Shown piece after piece: positions 46,354 through 56,300 of a stretch of DNA of 64,000 nt. Both the position numbers and the translations under genes were made by a program. This DNA comes from an uncultured Clostridia bacterium. Lineage in GTDB: Bacteria; Bacillota; Clostridia; UBA1381. The notes beneath the pieces were generated by a model. It was not told the origin of the DNA. It did not search any database and worked only from the letters and a program-made list of their open reading frames with translations. The stretch covers positions 25,514-89,513 of the forward strand of contig CALXZP010000014.1 of assembly GCA_944393255.1 (NCBI GenBank), written 5' to 3'. The stretch's first letter is position 1. The number at the start of each line of letters is the position of its first letter.

Positions 46354-47235
46354 TTGGATAAAGGGCTTGTATGCTTTAAGGGGATGGCGGACGGAGTGCG
46401 TATAAATCTGCACGATACCGCGCCCATGTATGAGATACTTGACGAGCTGGCGCAAAAGATAAATGCAAACAGGGCGTTCTTCGGCAACGGAAACTGCATT
46501 ATAAGCTTCAGCGGGCGTCCTTTTACGGGCGGGGAAAAGCAGCGTTTGACCGATGCCATGGCAGCGATGCTTCCGCTCGGAAGAGTTACGTTCGACACGC
46601 CGAAAAAGAATAAGTCCGATACCGGCAAATGGCTTAATGAGTATAAGGAAAAACATCTGCATGCGGAAGAGACCGGAACGGAGACCGCAGAAGCGGAAAG
46701 TGCCGATATGCTGTATGAGGCCCGTGTAAAGGCTAAGGAGCCGGAAACAGAGGAAGGCTTTGTATCAAGGTTGCGTTCCAACCGTGCAAGGCTGTATCAG
46801 GGAGTACTGAAAGAGGGATGCGGGCTGTATTCAGACGGACATCTTATTTTGGTAGGCACGGCGGAGAGAGGATCGGAGCTTGAGGCGGTCGGGAATATAG
46901 TGGTTGCGGGAGGGCTTTACGGAAGCGCTCACGCCGGCTGCAACGGTCATAACGGCTCTTACATAATTGCAATGGATATGCATCCCGAACGGCTTGCTAT
47001 AGCGGATGTATCGGAGGAATATACCTGCGCGGAAGAGACCGGAGAGATATTTGACGAGACGGAACAGAAGAAAAGTTTTTTTGATAAATTTAGAAAAAAG
47101 AATGACCAGACGGGAGAAGAGGAAGAAAATAAGAAAAATTCCAGTTATTCTGCTGTGGCATTGTGTAAAAATCACAAAATTGAACTCGATAATTTTACAA
47201 TTCATACATTTACAAATCCGAAAAATATGATATAA
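46354..47235 (+). CDS. minC: Septum site-determining protein MinC (extended, 293 aa)
   Basis: C-terminal beta-helix signature (GSELEAVGNIVVAGGLYGSAHAG..IIAMDMHPERLAIAD). Sits immediately upstream of minD. Has an acidic/basic insert and a tail of about 60 aa. Confidence 0.8.
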   Translation: MDKGLVCFKGMADGVRINLHDTAPMYEILDELAQKINANRAFFGNGNCIISFSGRPFTGGEKQRLTDAMAAMLPLGRVTFDTPKKNKSDTGKWLNEYKEKHLHAEETGTETAEAESADMLYEARVKAKEPETEEGFVSRLRSNRARLYQGVLKEGCGLYSDGHLILVGTAERGSELEAVGNIVVAGGLYGSAHAGCNGHNGSYIIAMDMHPERLAIADVSEEYTCAEETGEIFDETEQKKSFFDKFRKKNDQTGEEEENKKNSSYSAVALCKNHKIELDNFTIHTFTNPKNMI

Positions 47236-47265
47236 TAATATTGTAGCGAATTGTGGAGGCAGTGC

Positions 47266-48069
47266 ATGGGGAAAATAGTAATTATTGCATCCGGCAAAGG
47301 CGGTACCGGAAAGACGACTCTGACGTCGCATGTCGGAGCGGCTCTGGCGCGCGGCGGCAGACTGACCGCGCTTGTGGACGCTGACGCCGGTTTCCGTAAT
47401 CTTGATATTGCTCTGGGTTTGGAAAGCAGTATAGTATATGATTATTCCGATTTTATAAACGGATCATCCGATTTGGACGATATCCTTATAAAAAGCTCAG
47501 ATCTTGAGAATTTGTATTTTGTTGCTGCACCGCAGTCTGTTCCGACTACTGATTTTAGTGAAGAAAAAACGGAAGAGTTTTGGAAAAACCTTAAAAACAG
47601 ATTTGAATTTGTATTGGCTGACGCGCCCGCCGGTATGGGCGACGGTTTTATGTTCGCGGCAAAGCATGCTGACGAGGCGGTCATTGTATCGCTGGCGGAA
47701 ACATCATCATTGAGGGACGCCGACAGAGTGGTCGATGTTTTGGAGGATCTGGGTGTGGAAACCGTGCGGCTTGTGCTGAACAGGATAGATCCTAAGCTGA
47801 TAGAACGTAAAATAATGATGAATGTTGATGACTGCATTGACGTTTTGGGGATCCCGATATTGGGAATAATACCTGATGACGGAGCGGTGACCGAGTCGAT
47901 GATAAAGGGTGTTCCGTATATGGAGCTGACAGAGGGCGAAGCCGGCATAGCTTTTAAAAACATAGCCGAAAGACTGGAAGGGAAACAGATACCGATAATG
48001 GATTTTGAGACCGGCGGAAAAAAAGGGCTTCTGGGCAGACTGAGAGAGTTTTTCGGACACAGACAGTAA
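47266..48069 (+). CDS. minD: Septum site-determining ATPase MinD
   Basis: Deviant Walker A SGKGGTGKTT. C-terminal amphipathic KKGLLGRLREFF helix. Confidence 0.95.
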   Translation: MGKIVIIASGKGGTGKTTLTSHVGAALARGGRLTALVDADAGFRNLDIALGLESSIVYDYSDFINGSSDLDDILIKSSDLENLYFVAAPQSVPTTDFSEEKTEEFWKNLKNRFEFVLADAPAGMGDGFMFAAKHADEAVIVSLAETSSLRDADRVVDVLEDLGVETVRLVLNRIDPKLIERKIMMNVDDCIDVLGIPILGIIPDDGAVTESMIKGVPYMELTEGEAGIAFKNIAERLEGKQIPIMDFETGGKKGLLGRLREFFGHRQ

Positions 48070-48130
48070 AGATACGGGCATTGATATTTTTTATGAAGTC
48101 CTGAACGGATGAAGGAAGGAGACGAGTTTT

Positions 48131-48535
48131 GTGAACATAGCATTGATAGCACACGACAAAAAGAAAGAGCTTATGGTACAGTTCTGTATAGCATATAAGG
48201 GAATATTGGAGAAGCATGCCCTTTATGCAACAGGGACTACCGGAAAGCTTGTAATGGAGAACACAGGACTTAATGTCTATCGATTTCTGTCCGGCCCTCA
48301 GGGCGGCGATCAGCAGATAGGAGCCAGGATCGCGTATAACGAAATAGATCTTGTTTTATTTTTCAGAGATCCGCTGAATGCTGAGAATTATGAGCCTGAT
48401 GTATTTTCTCTTCTGCGGCTGTGCGATATGCATAATATACCTATAGCAACAAATTGTGCGACGGCAGAGGTTCTGATACATGGATTGGAACGCGGAGATC
48501 TTGACTGGCGCGATATAGTTAATCCGAAAAAATAA
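48131..48535 (+). CDS. mgsA: Methylglyoxal synthase
   Basis: [18 protein letters not shown] and [11 protein letters not shown] motifs. Confidence 0.9.
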   Translation: MNIALIAHDKKKELMVQFCIAYKGILEKHALYATGTTGKLVMENTGLNVYRFLSGPQGGDQQIGARIAYNEIDLVLFFRDPLNAENYEPDVFSLLRLCDMHNIPIATNCATAEVLIHGLERGDLDWRDIVNPKK

Positions 48536-48674
48536 TATAATGGGAAAGCAGAGCCCGCAAAAGAACAAAGTAAGGGCTCTTTTTGATTTTTTTTATAAAA
48601 AAGTATTGACAAATGAAAAAAATGTGATATAATAAACATAGTAATTGTTACTGATTATATTGAAAGGGCTGTAT

Positions 48675-49055
48675 ATGAATTATTCTAAGCAAAGAGAAAC
48701 GATGATGAGAATACTGCGGGGCAGCAAAACGCATCCTACTGCTCAGGAGATCTATGCGGAAATGAGAAAGAACGATCCGAAGATCAGTCTCGGTACGGTG
48801 TACAGAAATCTTGCTCAGCTGACTGAAAAAGGATCGGTCGTAAGGATCGATACAAAGCATGAATGCGTTCATTATGACGGCTGTACAGATCCGCATTATC
48901 ACTTTATCTGCGACAGCTGCGGTAAAGTGTACGATCTGGATATTGAACCGATCGATATGGATAAAAGAGTTGAAGAAGATTTTGACTGCAAGGTAAGCGG
49001 ACATTCGCTGATATTCTACGGGATATGCAGCAGCTGCAGGAACAGTAGCAATTGA
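48675..49055 (+). CDS. Fur-family regulator (PerR-like by context)
   Basis: Winged helix, HYHF, and CDSCG..CSSC zinc sites. Sits upstream of rubrerythrin. A TTGACA-N16-TATAAT promoter lies at 48606-48633. Confidence 0.8.
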   Translation: MNYSKQRETMMRILRGSKTHPTAQEIYAEMRKNDPKISLGTVYRNLAQLTEKGSVVRIDTKHECVHYDGCTDPHYHFICDSCGKVYDLDIEPIDMDKRVEEDFDCKVSGHSLIFYGICSSCRNSSN

Positions 49056-49184
49056 TACAGCGCTGCTGTGATCAGCTGCGGCGCCAAAAACAGGAAACAA
49101 ATACTGACCGGACTTGATATGGTCGGCCGGCGGTGTTTCATAACAATATTAACTTTATAAAACTTTTATTAGGAGGACAAAATA

Positions 49185-49739
49185 ATGGCTAAATATGTAT
49201 GCCCGGTATGTGGATATGTTCATGAAGGAGACGCACCCCCGGAGAAGTGCCCGCAGTGCGGAGTTCCCGGCGAGAAGTTTACAAAGATGGAAGAAGGCGC
49301 AGCTCTCAATTTTGTATGCGAGCACGTGATCGGCGTAGGCGCTAAGGGCGAGATCGACGAAGAGGTTTACGAGGGTCTCAAGGCTAATTTTGAAGGCGAG
49401 TGCACAGAGGTAGGTATGTATATAGCAATGGCGCGCGCTGCATTCAGAGAGGGCTATCCCGAGGTAGGCGACTACTATATGAGAGCAGCTTATGAAGAGG
49501 CTGAGCACGCAGCTAAGTTTGCAGAGCTTTTGGGCGAGGTAGTATCTCCGTCAACCGAGACCAACCTCAGAATGCGCGCAGAGGCGGAAGCAGGCGCTAC
49601 AGCAGGTAAGCTGGAAATAGCAAAGAAAGCCAAGGAGCTTGGCTACGATGCTATACATGACACAGTTCATGAAATGGCAAAGGACGAGGCAAGACACGGC
49701 AAGAGCTTCGAGGGTCTTTTGAAGAGATATTTCGGTTGA
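49185..49739 (+). CDS. Reverse rubrerythrin (N-terminal rubredoxin-like CxxC..CxxC, C-terminal diiron ferritin-like domain)
   Basis: The CPVCG..CPQCG motif lies at the N-terminus. It is followed by ExxH-type diiron motifs ([18 protein letters not shown]). Confidence 0.85.
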   Translation: MAKYVCPVCGYVHEGDAPPEKCPQCGVPGEKFTKMEEGAALNFVCEHVIGVGAKGEIDEEVYEGLKANFEGECTEVGMYIAMARAAFREGYPEVGDYYMRAAYEEAEHAAKFAELLGEVVSPSTETNLRMRAEAEAGATAGKLEIAKKAKELGYDAIHDTVHEMAKDEARHGKSFEGLLKRYFG

Positions 49740-49813
49740 TCGCAGATGCGATAAGCCTTGATATTCTCAAAAAGCCGGCGCGTATGCGGCTTTTAGGTCA
49801 ATGAATGTACAAT

Positions 49814-49847
49814 GCGGTCAGCTGTTCAAGGCTGACCGTATTTTTTT
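49814..49847 (+). terminator. Intrinsic terminator after rubrerythrin
   Basis: cggtcagc..gctgaccg stem followed by a T7 run. Confidence 0.75.
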
Positions 49848-49979
49848 CCGTCAGACTTATTGCCGGCGGTATATTAGGCAATATTTCTGTTTGGAACCGG
49901 TGCGGATGACTAAAAAAGAGCGCCTCGGATAATATCCGGGAGGATATTATCTGAAGCGCTCCGTTGTTTTTAAAGAAAG

Positions 49980-50156
49980 TTATTTCATGCGGTTTTCGTA
50001 GTCCTCGACCATCTTCTTGACCATCTGGCCGCCTATCGAACCTGCCTGCTTAGCTGTAAGGTCTCCGTTATAACCCTGCTTGAGTGATACGCCAACTTCG
50101 CTGGCTGCTTCCATCTTGAACTGTTCCATTGCCTGTTTTGCTTCAGGTACTGTCAT
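49980..50156 (-). CDS. Alpha/beta-type small acid-soluble spore protein
   Basis: Own translation, 58 aa, below the ORF-track cutoff: MTVPEAKQAMEQFKMEAASEVGVSLKQGYNGDLTAKQAGSIGGQMVKKMVEDYENRMK. AAGGAGG SD sequence. A strong hairpin terminator lies at 49911-49971. Confidence 0.85.
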   Translation of the reverse strand: MTVPEAKQAMEQFKMEAASEVGVSLKQGYNGDLTAKQAGSIGGQMVKKMVEDYENRMK

Positions 50157-50299
50157 GATTTCTTTCCTCCTTGAAAATCATAGTCTTAATTTGATCTATC
50201 TAAATTTTGTGTCGAAATAAATCGACTACGCTAATATTGTATGCCGAAATCCGCATGTTATGAGTGAAAAATTTTTCCGAGAAAAAATGAAAAAAAGTA

Positions 50300-50328
50300 T
50301 TGACAAACCGAAAAAAATGTAGTATAAT
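50300..50328 (+). promoter_or_regulatory. Consensus sigma-A promoter for tRNA-Asp
   Basis: TTGACA (50300-05), a 17-nt spacer, then TATAAT (50323-28). Confidence 0.65.
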
Positions 50329-50358
50329 ATTTTTGTTGTCGGTCGATAACGCTAATAT

Positions 50359-50435
50359 GGTCCGGTAGTTCAGTTGGTTAGAACGCTAGCCTGTCACGCT
50401 AGAGGTCGTGAGTTCGAGCCTCATCCGGATCGCCA
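50359..50435 (+). tRNA. tRNA-Asp (anticodon GTC), CCA encoded
   Basis: Manual cloverleaf. Acceptor ggtccgg/ccggatc, D arm gttc..gaac, anticodon stem ctagc/gctag with loop ctGTCac, T arm gtgag-ttcgagc-ctcat, then gCCA. Confidence 0.9.
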
Positions 50436-50460
50436 GCTCCGCATATGCGGAGCTTTTTTT
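50436..50460 (+). terminator. Intrinsic terminator after tRNA-Asp
   Basis: gctccgcatatgcggagc followed by a T7 run. Confidence 0.85.
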
Positions 50461-50515
50461 ATACGCCGGTAACGGCGGTTTGTATATAAAAAATTTATTA
50501 TGGGAGATAGGGATA

Positions 50516-51211
50516 ATGACTGTAAAAGGTAAAAAAATCACAGATTACAGAAAATTGAGACTGAGAAATATAAACAGTCCGGAATTTTCGCATCTTAAGC
50601 TTCTGCTGTTCTGGCCGGTTTTCGGCTTTATGTTTTTGTTTGTGGAAAGGATAGGTGTGCGTTCGGAATACTTCCCAATAAGCTGCGCCCTGGATGATCT
50701 TATACCGTTCTGTGAATATTTTATAATACCGTATCTGTTCTGGTTTATATTTTTGGCGGGGATACATATTTATACGCTGCTGTATGATACTGCGGCGTTC
50801 AGGAGAATGATGAGGTTCATTGCTGTTACATATACGATAGCGATCGCTGTGTACCTTGTGTTTCCGAACTGCCAGGAGCTGCGGCCGGAGGAATTTGCGA
50901 GGGATAATGTATTGACGAGGTTCATGACATGGTTCTACGGCTTTGACACTAACACCAACGTGTGTCCTTCCATACATGTTATAGGCTCTGCTGCCGTGAT
51001 GTTTGCGGCATGGGACTGCGAACGCCTCGGAACTCCGGCATGGAAAACGGCGTTTGCGGCAGCTGCCGTGCTTATTTCGGTATCGACGATGTTTTTAAAA
51101 CAGCATTCGGCGGTGGACGTTATAGCTGCCGTTCCGGTATGCGCCGTGGGATATGTATGGGCGTATATCGTACCTCGTGCGGGGAAGAGAAAAAATAATA
51201 TAAATATATAA
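50516..51211 (+). CDS. PAP2-superfamily membrane phosphatase-like protein
   Basis: Polytopic protein with CPSIHV and HSAVDV motifs (the PSxH / HxxxD type). The listed ORF start 50408 overlaps the tRNA, so ATG 50516 is preferred. Confidence 0.6.
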   Translation: MTVKGKKITDYRKLRLRNINSPEFSHLKLLLFWPVFGFMFLFVERIGVRSEYFPISCALDDLIPFCEYFIIPYLFWFIFLAGIHIYTLLYDTAAFRRMMRFIAVTYTIAIAVYLVFPNCQELRPEEFARDNVLTRFMTWFYGFDTNTNVCPSIHVIGSAAVMFAAWDCERLGTPAWKTAFAAAAVLISVSTMFLKQHSAVDVIAAVPVCAVGYVWAYIVPRAGKRKNNINI

Positions 51212-51277
51212 TGCTGAAAAGACGGCGGTACACCGGTTCTCAGCGTTAGCGATCCGGCGTAAATTTGCATAGAAGCG

Positions 51278-51318
51278 AAAGGGGGATGCTGCCAAATAGC
51301 GGCAGCATCCCCCTTTTA
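51278..51318. terminator. Bidirectional terminator between the PAP2 gene and hsp20
   Basis: gggggatgctgcc-aaata-gcggcagcatccccc followed by tttt. Confidence 0.8.
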
Positions 51319-51333
51319 TGCTTTTATATAAAG

Positions 51334-51780
51334 TTATTCGATCTCAAGAGTTCTGCCGTGCTTCGGCGGAGCTGTCTCCTTTTTCGGCATGGTCAGTGTG
51401 AGCACGCCGTTATGATATCTCGCCTTGATATTATCTGCTTTAATGTTTGAGATGTCAAAATCCCTTCTGAAGGAGCCGTAGGAACGCTCGCAGCGTACAT
51501 ATTTGCCGTGTTTATCCTTGTCCTCGTGCTCCGAATGTCTTTCCGCGCTCAAGGTGAGAGTGCTGTCGTTTATCTCAATGTGTATATCATTTTTTTCAAA
51601 GCCGGGAAGATCGGCCTCAAGCTTATAATGATCGCCTTCGTCCGTTATATCGGTCTTGAAGCCGGCGATAGAGCTATCGCCGAAGAAGTCAAACGGATCA
51701 CTGAAAAAATGTCTTTCAAAATTGTCCATCTCATGGAACGGATCGTAAAGCGATAAACCATTGTTTCTGCGTCTCAGCAT
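51334..51780 (-). CDS. Hsp20/alpha-crystallin family small heat-shock protein
   Basis: DITDEGDHYKLEADLPGFEK..I..NGVLTLTMPK alpha-crystallin domain. Confidence 0.9.
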   Translation of the reverse strand: MLRRRNNGLSLYDPFHEMDNFERHFFSDPFDFFGDSSIAGFKTDITDEGDHYKLEADLPGFEKNDIHIEINDSTLTLSAERHSEHEDKDKHGKYVRCERSYGSFRRDFDISNIKADNIKARYHNGVLTLTMPKKETAPPKHGRTLEIE

Positions 51781-52030
51781 AATTATTACCTCCTCATCAA
51801 ACCGGGCGTAATGCCCGCCGTATCAACTGAATATACCATCTGCGCCGTTTACTTCAGGCGTATGCAGAACCGGGACGGCGGCTGAAAAGTATCGTTTGGC
51901 GGCGTACCCACGGAAAAGCCGGATATTCTGCCGCCGTTTTTGTTTTCATGCTCTTATCCCTTTCTGTATTTATTATTATACTGCGCACATGTTATAATAA
52001 TATGGCAATGATATGAACCGCATGTTAATT

Positions 52031-52057
52031 TTAGCACTCATCTCACGAGAGTGCTAA
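52031..52057 (-). promoter_or_regulatory. CIRCE operator (perfect consensus) upstream of hsp20
   Basis: TTAGCACTC-atctcacga-GAGTGCTAA. It lies about 250 nt upstream of the hsp20 start and downstream of the AraC gene stop. Confidence 0.8.
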
Positions 52058-52140
52058 CAAAACACGAAAACAGTGATTGGAGCGTATTTGACCGAACGGC
52101 ATTTTGAGGAGTATGTCTTGAAGCTGCCGGGCGTAAAGGA

Positions 52141-53064
52141 TCAAGGCATATTTTCGGGGAATATCTTATAGTCCAGCTTGTCTCTGTCCAGTTTGAGCGC
52201 GGTGCGCACTTTGTCATCGCAGTAGAGTATTCTGTATTCGGAGGGTATACGCCCCATTGTTTTAAAAAACAGCCTGTTGAAATTGCTTATATTTGTAAAG
52301 CCGCAGCTTTGTGCGATGTTCGCTATCGGCTGAGGCGTGTGTATAAGTCCGCTGCATACGCACTGGATGCGGTAGCTGTTTAGAAAGCTTATGATGCTGC
52401 ACCCCTCTGCCTTTTTGAAAGCTCTTGAGAGTGAATTTCCCGAAAGGCCGAAATGCTCCGAAAGCATGTCTATGGTTATCTTTTCGCTGTAATGCTCATG
52501 GATAAATTCCACGATCTGCTGCGGCAGAAGCTCCCTATTCTGTACGCGGGGAGGGACGGTACCTTCTTCCACCGCCGCTATTACGCCGAGAAGCTCGAAA
52601 AGGAGCGATTTTATCCTGAAATTATACTTTTCATTGCATTGGTGGATCAGCTCATAAATGCGGTATATGAGCTTTCCGGCGCCGTTCGCATTGCATATAT
52701 GCAGCTGCGGCTTGTTCTGCGTAAAAAAGCTGTAGCAGTAATCGTTGTCCCTGCCGATAATATCTGGATGAAAAACGATTGCAAAGTAGCAGGAGCCGCT
52801 GCCGCGCAGCGTGCGGTCGGAGTCTATATAATGCGGAGTATCGGAGTCGATAAATATAATATCACCGTCATGCATGACAAATGTGTCGCCGTTTACCGTG
52901 ACGGTGAGACGTCCTCTGGAAACATACACGAATTCATATTCAGGATGGTGATGATATACGGAACCGAAGGTGTCGGAATAATATGCGGCGATCGGAAATT
53001 CCGGTTTTCCGTGACGTTTTTTTTCAACTCCTTCGGCTGTTGTTTCATTTCTGTTTATATACAT
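52141..53064 (-). CDS. AraC-family transcriptional regulator (cupin sensor plus HTH)
   Basis: N-terminal cupin-like region (HHHPEYEFVYVSRG). C-terminal AraC HTH (..IAQSCGFTNISNFNRLFFKTMGRIPSEYR). AAGGAGG SD sequence before ATG 53064. Confidence 0.85.
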   Translation of the reverse strand: MYINRNETTAEGVEKKRHGKPEFPIAAYYSDTFGSVYHHHPEYEFVYVSRGRLTVTVNGDTFVMHDGDIIFIDSDTPHYIDSDRTLRGSGSCYFAIVFHPDIIGRDNDYCYSFFTQNKPQLHICNANGAGKLIYRIYELIHQCNEKYNFRIKSLLFELLGVIAAVEEGTVPPRVQNRELLPQQIVEFIHEHYSEKITIDMLSEHFGLSGNSLSRAFKKAEGCSIISFLNSYRIQCVCSGLIHTPQPIANIAQSCGFTNISNFNRLFFKTMGRIPSEYRILYCDDKVRTALKLDRDKLDYKIFPENMP

Positions 53065-53366
53065 AATTAACAGCCTCCTTATGAATATTATAATCCACGC
53101 TGCGGCGGTTGTCAACAGTTTTGACGTAATAGTATAATATAAGACGGTGTAAAAGTATCATAGCATGTAAAACACCTGTATAAAACACTGAAATTGCAGA
53201 TAAAACGCGGTGAATTTAATAATTGCAAATGAATGACCAAATAGATATAATAAATATAAACAAGGAAAAGACCGTTTGGGCGGTGTGCGTGTTCGGCGCC
53301 TATAGCGGGTCTGTTTCAGACTGAGGGACGAGTATTTATAATTAAGACGGAGGAGGAATATTTGCT

Positions 53367-56300
53367 ATGAAAAAGATAATTTCATTGCTTACAGCGGCGG
53401 CGATGTCAGCGTCATTGTTTGCGGCGGTGTCGGTGAGCGCGGAAGGGATCGGTGCAGAGGAAACCGGTGCGGATTTCGTAATTGCGGATACGGCAGGAGC
53501 TGCGGATATCTATGTCGATCCGAACGGCTCGGAGTACGACGGGCTTTCGCTGATAGCCGAGGCACTGCAGTCCGACATAGAGCTTGTGACCGGTACGGTG
53601 CCGGATATCGTTGAGGACCCGGGAGAACTGGGCGGCACTGCGGTAATAGCCGGCGTTGTGGGCGAGAATGAGGACGGATTGCTTAATACGCTTATAGAAG
53701 AAGGAAAGATAGACGTTTCGGAGATAGAAGGCGGCTGGGAACAGTATAAGATACAGCTTGTAGACGATCCTGCGGATAATGTGGAAAAAGCGGTGGTCAT
53801 CGCCGGTTCGGACAAGCGCGGGGCTATATACGGTATGTTCCATATCTCAGAACTCATGGGAGTGAGCCCGTGGGTATGGTACGGCGACGTGACCCCGGAG
53901 CATATGGATGAAGTGTCTTTCAGCCGTGATGAGCTGGAGATCACTTCAAAAGAACCGTCTGTAAAATACAGGGGAGTATTTCTCAACGACGAATCGCCGA
54001 GCCTCACCGGCTGGGCGGCTGAGAAATACGGCGGTCTCAATTATAAATTCTACAGGGATCTGTATGAGTGTCTGCTCAGGCTGAAAGCGAACTATCTGTG
54101 GCCTGCAATGTGGGGCGAGCGTTTTTCAACGTACGGGCTCAGAGGGCTCAGCGAAAACGATTATCCCTACGACTATCCGCACAGCTATGAGGGGCTGCAG
54201 AATGCCGATCTTGCGGATAAATACGGGATAGTTATGGGAACATCCCATCATGAGCCCATGCTGCGTGCAAACGCGGAATGGGGCGATAATTACAAGGACT
54301 ACATAAAGGACTCATATCCGGACGAGACTTTCCCGGTCGGCACGAATTCCACAACATACTGGAATTTTCAGAAGTATCCCGACGCGCTCACAAAATACTG
54401 GACGGACAGCGCGGTGAGAAACGGCGGGTTTGAAAACGTTGCTACCATAGGTATGAGGAGCAACGATGACGCGGCGCTTGAAGGAACAATGGGTGAGAAC
54501 GTAAAAAATCTGAAAGACGTAATAAGCGTTCAGAAGCAGATAATTTCCGAATCTGTCTCGCCGGATATGCCTACCTGTCTTGTGCTGTACAAGGAGGTAG
54601 AGGACTATTGGTACGGCGGTACGGACGATGACGGCGTAACGCATGTAGAGGGTCTCAACACCTGGGACACTCTGGACGGTACAACAATAATGCTCTGTGA
54701 TGATAACTACGGCAACGTGCGCACGCTGCCGAAGGAAGAAGAGCGAGACCGCAACGGCGGCTGGGGCATGTACTATCATTTTGATTATGTGGGCGCTCCG
54801 AATACATATAAGTGGGTAGCGACAAACCAGCTCGAAAAGACATGGGAGAATATGACCGCGGCTTATGAGTACGGCGTGAGAGAGATATGGGTAGTAAATG
54901 TCGGCGATTTTAAGCCGATGGAGCTGAATACCTCATATTTTATAGACCTGGCATACGACTATGATAAGTGGAGCGGAGCGAACCTTACTGACGAGTATAC
55001 CGACCTCTGGACAGAGCAGCAGTTTGGCGGCAGAGTCAGCGAGGACGATGTGAATAATATCTCACAGCTTTTGTCAGACTATCTTAAGCTCAACGGCGCG
55101 AGAAAGCCGGAAAAGATGTTCCGCAATACGATGAGTCTTACTGACTATAACGAGGCGCAGAGAGTTCTCAGGAACGCGCAGAGCATATACGACAGAGCTT
55201 ACGGGTATTATGAGAATATCCCAGATGAGCTTAAGGACGCGTATTATCAGCTTGTACTGTATCCCGCAGCGGCTTCGGCGAATATTACGATGATGTGTAT
55301 TTATTCGGGACTGAATAAGCTGTATAAGGATTCCGGCAGCGTTCTTGCCAATACGTACGCCGCTCTGACGGACGAGTGCGTACGCCGCGACGAGGATATG
55401 ATGACATACTATAATAAGACAATGTCCGGCGGAAAATGGAACAAGATGCAGGGTGAAAAGATACATGTGGGGTATACATCCTGGGATGCAAGCACATACG
55501 AGCAGCCCGAGGGAGATTATCTGACGCCCGCCGCGGAGGATGCGCTCGTTGTCAATATAGACGGCAGCTCTTCCGCGTGCAGGGCTGACGGGAACTCGCT
55601 TCCTGTTTTCACGAGCACGAACAGGGAAACATATGCGGTAACGGTATCGCATAAAGGCTCGGGGGCCTTTGATTATACGGCGGAGGCAGATAAGGACTGG
55701 ATACGGCTTGACAAGACGTCGGGTACGGTAAATACCGGAGATGTGATAGGCGTGAGCATTGACTGGTCAAAGGTGACCTCTGACAGCACAGGGACGATAA
55801 CGGTTTCGGCTCTGGGCGAAACGGTCAGCATAACAGTAAATGCAAAGGCGGTCGAGACGGCCGAACTTCCGGAGAAGACTTATATCGGAAAAGATGGTGT
55901 GACTTCGATACTTGCCTCAAATTACAGCGGTATAAGCAATGAGGAGGACTGGATAGTTATAGATAACTACGGCAGGGAGGCTTCTTCTGTAAAGGCGAGA
56001 GATATAACGGCGGATTTCAGCTCGGAAACGGCCCCGTGGCTTGAGTACAGCCTATATGTTCCTAATGCGGGAGAATATACTCTTACTGCATATATGTCTC
56101 CCGCCAATCCGAGGTACAGGGGCGGAAGGATCTATTACGGTATTTCCGTAAACGGAGGCGGAACTCAGGAGATCCCGTCGCTTATAGAAAAGTTTGACGT
56201 GGGCGGATATGCCGGAGGCGTAGGAACATGGGCAAACGGCGTTATAGACAACGCGCATATCACGTCTTCAAAGATACAGCTTGAAGAAGGCGAGAATACC

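Noticed and set aside
48070-48130. Hidden minE between minD and mgsA.
   Set aside because: Only 61 nt are available, and no overlapping frame encodes a MinE-like peptide.
50157-50300. Sigma-G/F forespore promoter upstream of the SASP gene.
   Set aside because: Several GCATA / CATAC-like fragments exist, but none has the correct 17-18 nt spacing to a CAT(A/T)xTA -10. It cannot be called by eye.
50408-50515. Listed ORF start at 50408 for the PAP2-like protein.
   Set aside because: That start would overlap the tRNA-Asp 3' half and its terminator. ATG 50516 gives a normal N-terminus directly before the first TM region.
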